A program made the translations under genes and the position numbers. Below, one piece after another: positions 10,507-18,949 of a stretch of 26,112 nt of DNA. Position 1 is the first letter of the stretch, and each line of letters opens with the position of its first letter. This stretch comes from Elusimicrobiota bacterium (GTDB lineage Bacteria > Elusimicrobiota > UBA8919). The notes under the pieces were generated by a model. It worked only from the letters and a program-made list of their open reading frames with translations. It was not told the origin of the DNA and did not search any database. The DNA lies in assembly GCA_043816185.1 (NCBI GenBank), contig JBDRIG010000067.1, positions 1-26,112 of the forward strand, read 5' to 3'.

Positions 10507-10597
10507 AACTTCAACACAGAGATTGTAAAGTATTACACGCAGCACTACACCATGCTATCACTACTGAACATGTAAAGAATTTCAAAATTTGATTTTT
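10507..10597 (-). repeat. 91-bp dispersed non-coding repeat (inverted relative to 20896-20987)
   Basis: Manual alignment to the reverse complement of 20896-20987 gives 8 substitutions and 1 indel. Confidence 0.9.
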
Positions 10598-10715
10598 CAA
10601 CATATATTCAAATATCGTGAATTACAGATGTTCGGAAACCGCAAAGTATGAGTTGAAAACCACAAATCACGAGCTCGAAATCATACTCTCGTATGTCCGA
10701 ATATATAAATAAAAA

Positions 10716-11948
10716 ATGAAAAAATTGAAACTAATCTTGTTTGTTAATTTACTAATTTGTCAATCCATTAGTTTACTTTTCGGATTTACTTATCCTGATA
10801 TTTGTGGCATTCCCGATTTTTTGCTTTCTGGTTATCAAAGAGGTTTAGGTGATATCGCTAATGGTTTTGGAGCACGCTCGCTTTCTATGGGTTCTACTGG
10901 CATAACATCGTCGGACGAACCTTCGACGTTGCTTCTAAATCCAGCAGGGCTGTCAACACTTGATTTAAAAATGCTTTCTTTTGGTTTTGGATTGGCTAAC
11001 GTTACTGAAAGGGTTGACACAATTTCACAGGATATTCCGTTCTATAATTTCCAAAATTATTTTCATTTTAACAATATAGCAATTACATATCCATTATCAA
11101 ATATTCATTTCGGATTTGGTTTTTTTCCGGTGTCCAATTTTCAATATAAACATAAAAAATATTATTATTCTAACGGTAAAGCAACAGGTTTTAAAAAAAT
11201 TATATCGGAAGGAATTGTTTATTCTGTAACACCAGCGATATCCTTCAAAACAAATTTTATAGCAGTAGGATTTGTCTATAATTCATATTTAGGCGATACT
11301 GCTTTTGAAATAAAAGATGTGATATATGCAACAAAATTTATTCCAGAAATATCGACGAAAACTGTTTTGGGTTCAAATTTTAGTGGTGGGCAAATAAGCG
11401 TTGGTAGCATTATTTTTATTAAACAAAATGCAAGATTGGGTTTCGTTTTTAAGCCATCATTTAATATCAATAACAAATACGAAACAATTGGCTCGACAAT
11501 AGCCACTACTGGCAAAATAAAATACAATTATCCGTTTGAAATAGATATTGGATTAGCATATTTTTTTGATAATAAAAGTAAAAACAAAGTACTGATCGAT
11601 TTTCTTATAAAAAAGTTGGCTTCTTTCGAAGTTGGTGGAGAAAAAATATCAGAATTTAGAAATTTTAGCGAACTTCACGTAGGCGTAGAGCATGGCATAT
11701 CGCAAAATTTTCTTTTAAGATACGGTTTTTATTATCAGCCATATTATGCCGCTAAAGAGTTTGAAAAAGTTTTTATAACTGCTGGTTGTGGTTTTAATCT
11801 TTCCACTATTTTATCTATTGATGTGGCAGGCGAATACGGAAAAAGGGATTACAGATTTATTGATTCTGAGGAAAAATTCTGGGATGTAGACCAGCGAATA
11901 GATGAAAGTATAAAACGAATCGTTGTTCAGGGGAAGATAAAATGGTAG
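10716..11948 (+). CDS. Outer-membrane beta-barrel of the PorV/FadL (UPF0164-like) superfamily
   Basis: Signal peptide. Hatch motif GARSLSMG...NPAGL. Alternating beta-strands including LLRYGFYY. Terminal aromatic residue (W). Confidence 0.75.
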   Translation: MKKLKLILFVNLLICQSISLLFGFTYPDICGIPDFLLSGYQRGLGDIANGFGARSLSMGSTGITSSDEPSTLLLNPAGLSTLDLKMLSFGFGLANVTERVDTISQDIPFYNFQNYFHFNNIAITYPLSNIHFGFGFFPVSNFQYKHKKYYYSNGKATGFKKIISEGIVYSVTPAISFKTNFIAVGFVYNSYLGDTAFEIKDVIYATKFIPEISTKTVLGSNFSGGQISVGSIIFIKQNARLGFVFKPSFNINNKYETIGSTIATTGKIKYNYPFEIDIGLAYFFDNKSKNKVLIDFLIKKLASFEVGGEKISEFRNFSELHVGVEHGISQNFLLRYGFYYQPYYAAKEFEKVFITAGCGFNLSTILSIDVAGEYGKRDYRFIDSEEKFWDVDQRIDESIKRIVVQGKIKW

Positions 11949-12000
11949 AATTTACGACGCAATTTCTAAAAAATTTGCTGCTTTAATAAGGTACGTATGA

Positions 12001-12029
12001 TTGACATTTCGGTACAAATTATATAAAAT
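12001..12029 (+). promoter_or_regulatory. Sigma70-type promoter (TTGACA-N17-TAAAAT)
   Basis: Perfect -35 at 12001-12006, 17-bp spacer, -10 at 12024-12029. Confidence 0.75.
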
Positions 12030-12035
12030 TACCGC

Positions 12036-13118
12036 ATGGCTAACATTATTCCGTTTCGTGCAGTAAAATATAATAAAAAAAATATCTCCAGCTTAATCTG
12101 CCCACCTTACGACATAATATCACCTGCAGAAAAAAAGTTGTATTTAAAAAAAAATCTTTACAATGCTGTAAGAATAGAACTACCTGAAGACTACTATTCT
12201 GCTAAAAAAAACTTTGATTTATGGAAGGCGAAAAAAGTTTTAATCAGAGATTTATCACCATCGTTTTATATTTATGAACAAAGTTTTAAATTAGAAGGGA
12301 AAAAATATATCCGAAGTGGTTTTTTTGCACTTCTTAAAACCGAACAATTTGGTAAGAATATTTTTCCCCATGAAAAAACCCTCTCAAAACCAAAGCAAGA
12401 TCGCTTTAACCTCATCAAGATATCAAAAATAAACACTAGTCCCATTTTTTGCCTTTTTTCGGATAGAAAAAAAATGTTTTCAAAAATCACCGAAAAAATA
12501 AAAAAACAAACCCCTAATGAATTTGCCAAATTTTCAGACATCTCAGAAAAAATGTGGACTATTTCCGACGAAAAAACAATAAATTTTCTTAAAGATATTC
12601 TTAAAAACAATAAAATATTAATTGCCGATGGTCATCATAGATATGAAACATTTTTTGAATTTACAAAAGGTGGTTATGTTTTAACATTTTTATGCCCGTT
12701 TGAGAGCAAAGGTTTATTGGTATTGCCAACACATCGCTTGGTAAAAGAATGGACGGAAAAAGATACTGAAAAATTGAAAGAATTTTTTTGTACCAGCAAA
12801 AAATGTGATTTTAAATTTTACATCAACGGTAAATCGTATTATCTTAAAACCCCGAAAAAATATAAAGGTTTTCCAATCGAGTTTCTGCATTCAGTAATTC
12901 TTGAAAATAAAAAAGTCGAATACACCAAAAACGAAAATTGTGCCTTGCAATCTGTTGATAAGGGAGATTTTTCGGCTTGTGTTATCTTAAAATCGCTCTC
13001 GATTGATACACTGAAATCTGTTATTAAAAAAAGAAAACTTCTTCCGCCGAAATCGACATATTTTTATCCAAAGGTCTCGACGGGATTTGTGTTTAATGAG
13101 ATAACCGCTCGGGAATAA
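12036..13118 (+). CDS. DUF1015 family protein
   Basis: Motifs IIPFRA, CPPYDII, PHEKT, IADGHHRYE, LPTHR, PPKSTYFYPK..TG. Confidence 0.9.
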   Translation: MANIIPFRAVKYNKKNISSLICPPYDIISPAEKKLYLKKNLYNAVRIELPEDYYSAKKNFDLWKAKKVLIRDLSPSFYIYEQSFKLEGKKYIRSGFFALLKTEQFGKNIFPHEKTLSKPKQDRFNLIKISKINTSPIFCLFSDRKKMFSKITEKIKKQTPNEFAKFSDISEKMWTISDEKTINFLKDILKNNKILIADGHHRYETFFEFTKGGYVLTFLCPFESKGLLVLPTHRLVKEWTEKDTEKLKEFFCTSKKCDFKFYINGKSYYLKTPKKYKGFPIEFLHSVILENKKVEYTKNENCALQSVDKGDFSACVILKSLSIDTLKSVIKKRKLLPPKSTYFYPKVSTGFVFNEITARE

Positions 13119-13282
13119 GTTTCTTTGAGACGCTCGTCAGAACTCGCTCTGCAATTTGCTCCTGGAACAAATAAGTCGCAAATTGAGGCTCTGCAGAAAC
13201 TTTTCCCTCGCTCTGCGATGATATAAGGTGAAAGGCATTAAAAGGGGGCGCTCGGGAATAAGTTTCTTTGAGACGCTCGTCA
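13106..13282. repeat. Perfect 34-bp direct repeat (13106-13139 and 13249-13282) around a palindromic core
   Basis: CGCTCGGGAATAAGTTTCTTTGAGACGCTCGTCA occurs twice, 143 bp apart. Internal inverted repeats at 13111-13124/13195-13207 and 13152-13159/13178-13185. Confidence 0.9.
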
Positions 13283-13320
13283 AGTAGGTCTTGTTGAAAA
13301 AAAAGAAGCCCACTGAAATT

Positions 13321-15342
13321 ATGAAATTATTTTTACGATCGTCGCTAACAAAATTATATTATCGTTTTTTTATTATATCTTTATGCTTGATATGTCTACT
13401 ATTTTTATTCTGTGTTACTGCTAATAAAAAAGTCTATGCCGAGAAAAATAATGCTCAATCTTTTTCCAGAGTAATTCAAGGTCTAACAAAAAAACTGAAC
13501 AATACTATTAAATCCGATAGAATGACACGCTTGGCTGTGTTAATTTTTGTTCCAACTAAAAATACCATAGAAGCAAAAAATAATGAGTTTGGTGAATATT
13601 TTTCTGAATCGCTTATCAGTGCTTTGAGTGCGAATCAACAAAAATTTAAACTTTTTGAAAGAAAACGACTCAATCTTATTTTGGAAGAAAATCGCTTGAG
13701 TTTAAGCGGTTTAATCGACGAAAATGAGGCAAAAAAAATAGGAGAGCTGGCACCAATAGATGTTATTCTTTCAGGTACTTACACCAAATTAAAGGATTAT
13801 ATTGATATAAATAGTCGGTTGATTGATGTAGTTACGGGAGAAATCCTGCTATCCTATTTAGGTCGAATAGAATTAACTGCTGATATAAATATCCTCTTTG
13901 AAGAAAAAGATAAAGAATCTACTAAAAAAGAACCTACGCAAAAAGATCCATACATTCAGAAACAAGAAAGAATAAATTTACTGCTTAGCGATCTTTCTAC
14001 TCCAGATAAAATTCAGGCTTTGGTGAAAGAAGCTATAAATATTCCATTTGACACGAAATGCGGTAAGGTTCATTTCACCATTATGTCTCATTTTGAAAAA
14101 TATCAAATTGAAAGTCTTGAGTATAAAGCATTTCTCGTGAAAGAGGTGGACAATATTTCTTTCCCTTCCAGAGATTGGAGATCTGGAGAAGTATTAAAAT
14201 ACCTTGCGAAAGATAATGTAATCGATCAGCAAGAGTGGGAATTTGGACTAAGTATCATAAAAAAACTCGAATCTCACAATATATCAAGTCATCTTTCTAC
14301 CCTGTTTAATGTAGAGCCGCCACCTGTAGATTTAAAAGAAACTTACGAACGCATTGATCAATATTTTTTGTTGGTTAGAAATAAAAATATTGGTTTACCA
14401 ATACCCATCGATTTTAATACTGGATTTTTTGGAATATTAAAAGGTTTCAAGGATAACAAAGTTTTAATATATTGTTATTCAAAGTACAAACAGGATTTAA
14501 ATCTTGATGCGGCAACAACCGATAGCATCAATAGTTTTTTATTGGATATGTATTTCCAAGAGAAAGATTTAGTCCAAAAAGAAAAAATTCTCGACTGGAT
14601 TTGTGAATTTTTTAATCAGCGAAATCCTGACGAAAAATTAGCCGATGACATATTTACATTCGCTAGTCGTTTTGAGATCACTGACTATATGGAGAAAAAT
14701 CCAGAAAAGATGGCTGAAATACCAGCGAGCCACTTTAAGAAACTGATCGAATTGTGTAAAGTTCAATTCTCCAAATCTTTGCCTTTCACGAAATTTCTGA
14801 ATCAGAAAGAAGAGCGTGTTAATTTTTGCATGGAAAACAACATAGATTGCCATGGATTCATTCCCACCATCGATGAATGTATAAAAATGTTATCTTCCAC
14901 TAATGAATATGAACGGATGAGTGGGATTGAAATATTAGAAAAAATGAAAGAAAAAGCAAAAAAAGCTGAGGAAGCAGTTATAAATGTTCTTAAAACAGAA
15001 GGAGATCTCCATAGGCATGCAATAATAATTCTTGGGAATATCAAAACAACATATCCAAAAGCATTAGAATTATTAATTGATTCCCTCGGAAGTTTTGATA
15101 CGGGCGTACCGGATATGGCAATTGAGTCTTTAGCAAAAATAGGTGAACCTGCTATTCCTTATCTGATTAAAAACCTTAACAGCCGAGATGAAAGTCTTAT
15201 CCAATGGAGGATAGCTGTTGTACTTGGTATGATTGGACCAGCAGCAAAAAGTGCACAGCCAGCTTTGAAAAAACTATTGGAATCTCCGAGCAGAAAAGTC
15301 CAAATCGAAGCCGAGAAAGCATTAGAAAAAATCGTGAAGTAA
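13321..15342 (+). CDS. CsgG/FlgO-like domain protein with C-terminal HEAT repeats (start uncertain: ATG 13321 or TTG 13291)
   Basis: N-terminal TM/signal. Motif FKLFERKRLNLILEE..LSLSGLID....KKIG....D.ILSG...SRLIDVVTGEI. C-terminal AIESLAKIGEPAIPYL and IAVVLGMIGPAAKSAQPAL. Confidence 0.8.
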   Translation: MKLFLRSSLTKLYYRFFIISLCLICLLFLFCVTANKKVYAEKNNAQSFSRVIQGLTKKLNNTIKSDRMTRLAVLIFVPTKNTIEAKNNEFGEYFSESLISALSANQQKFKLFERKRLNLILEENRLSLSGLIDENEAKKIGELAPIDVILSGTYTKLKDYIDINSRLIDVVTGEILLSYLGRIELTADINILFEEKDKESTKKEPTQKDPYIQKQERINLLLSDLSTPDKIQALVKEAINIPFDTKCGKVHFTIMSHFEKYQIESLEYKAFLVKEVDNISFPSRDWRSGEVLKYLAKDNVIDQQEWEFGLSIIKKLESHNISSHLSTLFNVEPPPVDLKETYERIDQYFLLVRNKNIGLPIPIDFNTGFFGILKGFKDNKVLIYCYSKYKQDLNLDAATTDSINSFLLDMYFQEKDLVQKEKILDWICEFFNQRNPDEKLADDIFTFASRFEITDYMEKNPEKMAEIPASHFKKLIELCKVQFSKSLPFTKFLNQKEERVNFCMENNIDCHGFIPTIDECIKMLSSTNEYERMSGIEILEKMKEKAKKAEEAVINVLKTEGDLHRHAIIILGNIKTTYPKALELLIDSLGSFDTGVPDMAIESLAKIGEPAIPYLIKNLNSRDESLIQWRIAVVLGMIGPAAKSAQPALKKLLESPSRKVQIEAEKALEKIVK

Positions 15343-15414
15343 GAACAAAAATTTTAATATCTGTATTTTAATTCGATGCTTACTACATAAATTAAAAACA
15401 ACTCAAGAGGTTAA

Positions 15415-15442
15415 GAGACTGTGTCGCAATAACAAAATGTGT
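15415..15442 (+). mobile_element. Second solo MITE/IS-like terminus
   Basis: GAGACTGTGTCGCAATAACAAAATGTGT, matching 9338-9365. Confidence 0.6.
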
Positions 15443-15448
15443 GTCATT

Positions 15449-15560
15449 CAGACTGTGTCGCAATGAGCTAAAAAATTGCATTTTTATAGAAGATAGCAAC
15501 TGATGGTAAAATATGGTATTGCAATCCTAGATGGTAAAAGATGGATTGTGACACAGTCTG
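15449..15560. mobile_element. 112-bp MITE-like element with 16-bp terminal inverted repeats
   Basis: CAGACTGTGTCGCAAT (15449-15464) and ATTGTGACACAGTCTG (15545-15560) match at 15 of 16. Flanks GTCATT and AAAGAC extend the symmetry. No coding capacity. Confidence 0.7.
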
Positions 15561-15585
15561 AAAGACGGGCAAGGTGTGTAATATC

Positions 15586-15607
15586 GCACGAATAAATTTG
15601 TGTCTAC
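15586..15607 (-). repeat. GTAG-type REP-like element
   Basis: Minus strand reads GTAGACACAAATTTATTCGTGC, similar to 23068-23090. Confidence 0.55.
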
Positions 15608-15662
15608 AACCACCTATCGTAATAATCACGGCTCCATAACAATATAAAACACAAAATAAGCC

Positions 15663-15691
15663 TTGACAATTTCTCATTTTTTCGTCATACT
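15663..15691 (+). promoter_or_regulatory. Probable sigma70 promoter of the pilin cluster (TTGACA-N17-CATACT)
   Basis: Perfect -35, 17-bp spacer, 4/6 match to TATAAT; lies 38 bp before ATG 15729. Confidence 0.55.
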
Positions 15692-15728
15692 CATGGTGAA
15701 ATTAGGGTATTGGTGGGGAAATAACAAT

Positions 15729-17918
15729 ATGCTCAAATTAATTAGAAAATTAATTAAAAAAAGTAGAGGTGTTACCTTAGTTGAGTTATTATTGGCTGTT
15801 ACGATAATGAGTATCAGCGTTGTGGCGGTTGTCTATTCTCTAAGTAGATTTTCAAGAGCAACCGTTTTTTGTAAAAATATTAAATCTGCTGAAAATTTAT
15901 GCAGGGATTTAATAGGAGAGATTAGAGTTAAAAAATTTGATGAATATGATAGAAAATTTAGTTATCCATTAGGACCAGAAAGCGGCGAAGCACTTCCTCG
16001 AGTAAAGTTCGATGATGTGGACGATTACAATGGATTGATTGATTCTCCCGTTGCAGATGTAGCTGGAAATAATATAGAAGGATTTGCTCATTTTAAGCGA
16101 ACAGTTGAAGTTTGTTATGTCGATGGAAACTTTGTAAAAGTAACTTGTGGGGTTACAACTCCTTTTAAGTTGATTAAAGTAAGTGTAAAATGGTGGCAAA
16201 GTATAGGTACTAGGGAAGAAAAAGTGGTTTCTCTATCTTTTGTTAAAGCCAAAGATGTAACCGTTGGTGTTGTTGAGTGGAACTATGTTCTTTTTACGAG
16301 TAATGATAATCTAAGCACGACTAATTCTGCGATTACTGGCAATATTCATTCTAATAAAAATGTTACCCTAACTGGATGTAATGTTCCAGATAATATAACG
16401 GCTGTTGGTACTATATCACCTATATCAATACCGGGAGGTGGTGGTAGGCAAGCGGGTGCCCAAGCAGTTGCTTTACCTGCTATAACCTATCCTGAGGTTT
16501 TACTACCACAGGAACCAAATTTAACAATGCAGGAACCAGTTTTACCACAGGCACCAAATTTAAACTTATGCGAGTTAAAAGTACCTGAACTTGCCAGCCC
16601 TCCTTTTGAAATAAATCTCCAATACTATAAAAATTTAGCCATAGCTAACAACACGTATTACGCTGGGAATATCAATTATACGACGCCTGGGTGTAGTGTG
16701 CTTGCTGGTGGTACCATCAACAATGTAATTTATGCGACTGGCAATATTACCATTGGTAAGGGGGGGGGTGGAGATCCACAAACAAACATTATTATTACAG
16801 CAAATGGTGCTATAATTGCCGAAGGAAATATTACAAGATGGAATAATTCTTGCACGGTTACCGCCCCTTATCCTCGACAACTAAATGTCGCCACAGGAAA
16901 ATATCATACAGGTTTGTTGGCAAAAAATGACATAATTTTAAATCACAATACCACATTAAAAGGAACCTTTTTTGCATTAAGGGATATAAATTTTTCCCCA
17001 AACAGTGGATATAATATATCCTTGCAAGGGGATGTTAGGGCTCTAAGAGATATCAGGACAGATTTAGGGAATGGCGGTAGTATTAATTTTAGCGATTCTA
17101 TCTTACATGCTGGCAATGCCTGTTTTTTATATCGAATTGGTAGGTTATATAACATGGATGTAAGGTCTTCGGGAAAATTGGGTACCCAAAATGCAGGAAT
17201 CTTTTTTAATGGAGGAGGAGAAGTTAATGGCAGTTTTCATGCTAAAGAAAATATTGTTTTTAGCAGTGCTTATAAGTCTATGTTTACTATCGCTGGTACA
17301 GTAAGAACAGATAATAGCATTCTTACTTACAATGAATGGAATGGTTATGGAGTAACCGTTAACGCTTCATTAAATGCTGCTAAGGCCTGTGTAATTGATA
17401 GTTTATCTGGAACTTGTCAGGGAGATATAAAAACAGGTGGCAATATTTTATATGCTAACAAGACCGTTTCAGTCTTAATTGCTGGCAGGCTAAGCGATAA
17501 AACTACGATTGTAACAAGTATCATCAATGCTCAACACAATGTTTATTTTGCATCAGGATTTAAATGTACTGTTGCAATCAATGGAAATATTTTTACAAAA
17601 GAGAGCATTCTTACTTACAATGAACTGAATGGTTATGGGCTCTGTTTTTCCGGACCAGTTACGAACAATTATTACGCAGGAGTGATGTTTAACGTTGGTA
17701 ATTTAAAAAATAGTTTTATTGGAACATTAAAGGCCGTTGGGGGTATTAGTATGAGTGGCACCTTAGTTGGAGCACAAGGAGCGCTGTTTTCCGAGGGAGA
17801 TTGCACTATTGGAGGTGGCGCAGGTATTACTGGTTGTGTAATTGCTCGCAAGATCAATATTACTGGAACACCCAATACAATCTATAACAAAGATTATGCT
17901 CTAAAACTTTTTGAATAA
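15729..17918 (+). CDS. Type IV prepilin-like (PilV/MshD-like) protein fused to a long Gly/Asn-rich beta-helix-like region
   Basis: Class III signal KKSRG|VTLVELLLAV. FDDVDDYNG motif. Pro-rich linker. Repeated IYATGNI / IIAEGNI / GDI.TGG motifs. GGTGGGGA upstream supports ATG 15729 over TTG 15663. Confidence 0.8.
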   Translation: MLKLIRKLIKKSRGVTLVELLLAVTIMSISVVAVVYSLSRFSRATVFCKNIKSAENLCRDLIGEIRVKKFDEYDRKFSYPLGPESGEALPRVKFDDVDDYNGLIDSPVADVAGNNIEGFAHFKRTVEVCYVDGNFVKVTCGVTTPFKLIKVSVKWWQSIGTREEKVVSLSFVKAKDVTVGVVEWNYVLFTSNDNLSTTNSAITGNIHSNKNVTLTGCNVPDNITAVGTISPISIPGGGGRQAGAQAVALPAITYPEVLLPQEPNLTMQEPVLPQAPNLNLCELKVPELASPPFEINLQYYKNLAIANNTYYAGNINYTTPGCSVLAGGTINNVIYATGNITIGKGGGGDPQTNIIITANGAIIAEGNITRWNNSCTVTAPYPRQLNVATGKYHTGLLAKNDIILNHNTTLKGTFFALRDINFSPNSGYNISLQGDVRALRDIRTDLGNGGSINFSDSILHAGNACFLYRIGRLYNMDVRSSGKLGTQNAGIFFNGGGEVNGSFHAKENIVFSSAYKSMFTIAGTVRTDNSILTYNEWNGYGVTVNASLNAAKACVIDSLSGTCQGDIKTGGNILYANKTVSVLIAGRLSDKTTIVTSIINAQHNVYFASGFKCTVAINGNIFTKESILTYNELNGYGLCFSGPVTNNYYAGVMFNVGNLKNSFIGTLKAVGGISMSGTLVGAQGALFSEGDCTIGGGAGITGCVIARKINITGTPNTIYNKDYALKLFE

Positions 17919-17954
17919 TTACGATTTTAAATAACCGCGAAAAATTGTTAATAT

Positions 17955-18488
17955 ATGTTGCCTAAAAAGAAAAACGGTGGTTTTACACTTATTGAACTTT
18001 CAATATCTTCTGGATTATTAGCCATAGTTGTAGTGGTAGTGATTGGCTTATTTAATGCTGCTATAAAGTCATGGAGATTAGGAGAAATAGAAAATATATT
18101 AGATATGAATATTTCAAACGTACTATCACACTTAGACAGAGATTTAAAGAAAGCCAAAACCTCTACAATAGTCATTGATAATTATCCGAATGTAGGAAAC
18201 CCTAAGGTGCAAAGAATAACTTTTAAGAGTTCATTAAACAGCCTCGATACATATGTTTATTTTGTGCCAGATGTAAACTATAATCAAATAAAGTGTTTTA
18301 TTAACGGCGAACCCGCACCCTACAGTCCTATCTGTCCAGTTAACAGTAGTGATAATATTACCATCGAAGAATTGAAATTTAATTTAATAAGTAGCTGTCA
18401 TATAATATTAGAATTAAAAAAGTGTGTTGATGAAAGTAAATTTAAGAATCGCAGAATGGCTACTGCGGTGACTATGAGAGTTAATTAA
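17955..18488 (+). CDS. Minor pilin / pseudopilin (PilW/PulJ-like)
   Basis: KKNGG|FTLIEL N-methylation motif, hydrophobic helix, L.RDLK.A motif. Confidence 0.8.
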   Translation: MLPKKKNGGFTLIELSISSGLLAIVVVVVIGLFNAAIKSWRLGEIENILDMNISNVLSHLDRDLKKAKTSTIVIDNYPNVGNPKVQRITFKSSLNSLDTYVYFVPDVNYNQIKCFINGEPAPYSPICPVNSSDNITIEELKFNLISSCHIILELKKCVDESKFKNRRMATAVTMRVN

Positions 18489-18502
18489 AGTGAGGAAAAC
18501 TT

Positions 18503-18886
18503 ATGCAGAATGAAATAAGAAGGATTTTTAATTCACAAAAAGGAGCAGGCCTAATTATTGCTGTTTATTTAAGTGCTATTGTTGTTATAGTTATAGCGGG
18601 GTTTGAATCTTGGAATGCCTACAATTTCAAGAACACTATAAGTGCCAAGAAAAAAAATACCTATTGTCAATACGCTGAATCAGGTATTGAAAAAGCCATA
18701 TATAAATTAATGCATACCGAAGATGGAAAAGAAGACTATGATTCCGTGTTTAAGCAAAACTTAGATAGATTAATTGTTATAAGGGATATAGTTTATGTTA
18801 ATCCTTTTAATAATAATGTCGATGTAATAGGAGAAGTAAACTTTGATGAAGGCAAGATTAAAGTTCGCATGGAACGTTTTCCTTGA
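18503..18886 (+). CDS. Short PilX/PulK-like minor pilin
   Basis: SQKG|AGLIIAV with no Glu5, followed by YAESGIEKAI (PilX N-terminal signature). GAGG Shine-Dalgarno-like site upstream. Confidence 0.7.
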   Translation: MQNEIRRIFNSQKGAGLIIAVYLSAIVVIVIAGFESWNAYNFKNTISAKKKNTYCQYAESGIEKAIYKLMHTEDGKEDYDSVFKQNLDRLIVIRDIVYVNPFNNNVDVIGEVNFDEGKIKVRMERFP

Positions 18887-18949
18887 GAAGTTGTCTAACG
18901 GAGTATCTCGTCGTGGCTCGCGGCTCGTGAAAGGCCATTGCGAAAAAGT

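Noticed and set aside
10368..10592. 74-aa ORF
   Set aside because: No recognisable motif; its 3' part is the dispersed non-coding repeat
13106..13282. Mini CRISPR array
   Set aside because: Only two repeats, a 109-bp palindromic spacer, overlap with a coding 3' end, and no cas genes
15663..15728. 22-aa N-terminal extension of the pilin fusion from TTG 15663
   Set aside because: The TTG is part of the -35 box; ATG 15729 has a Shine-Dalgarno-like site and gives a normal basic prepilin leader
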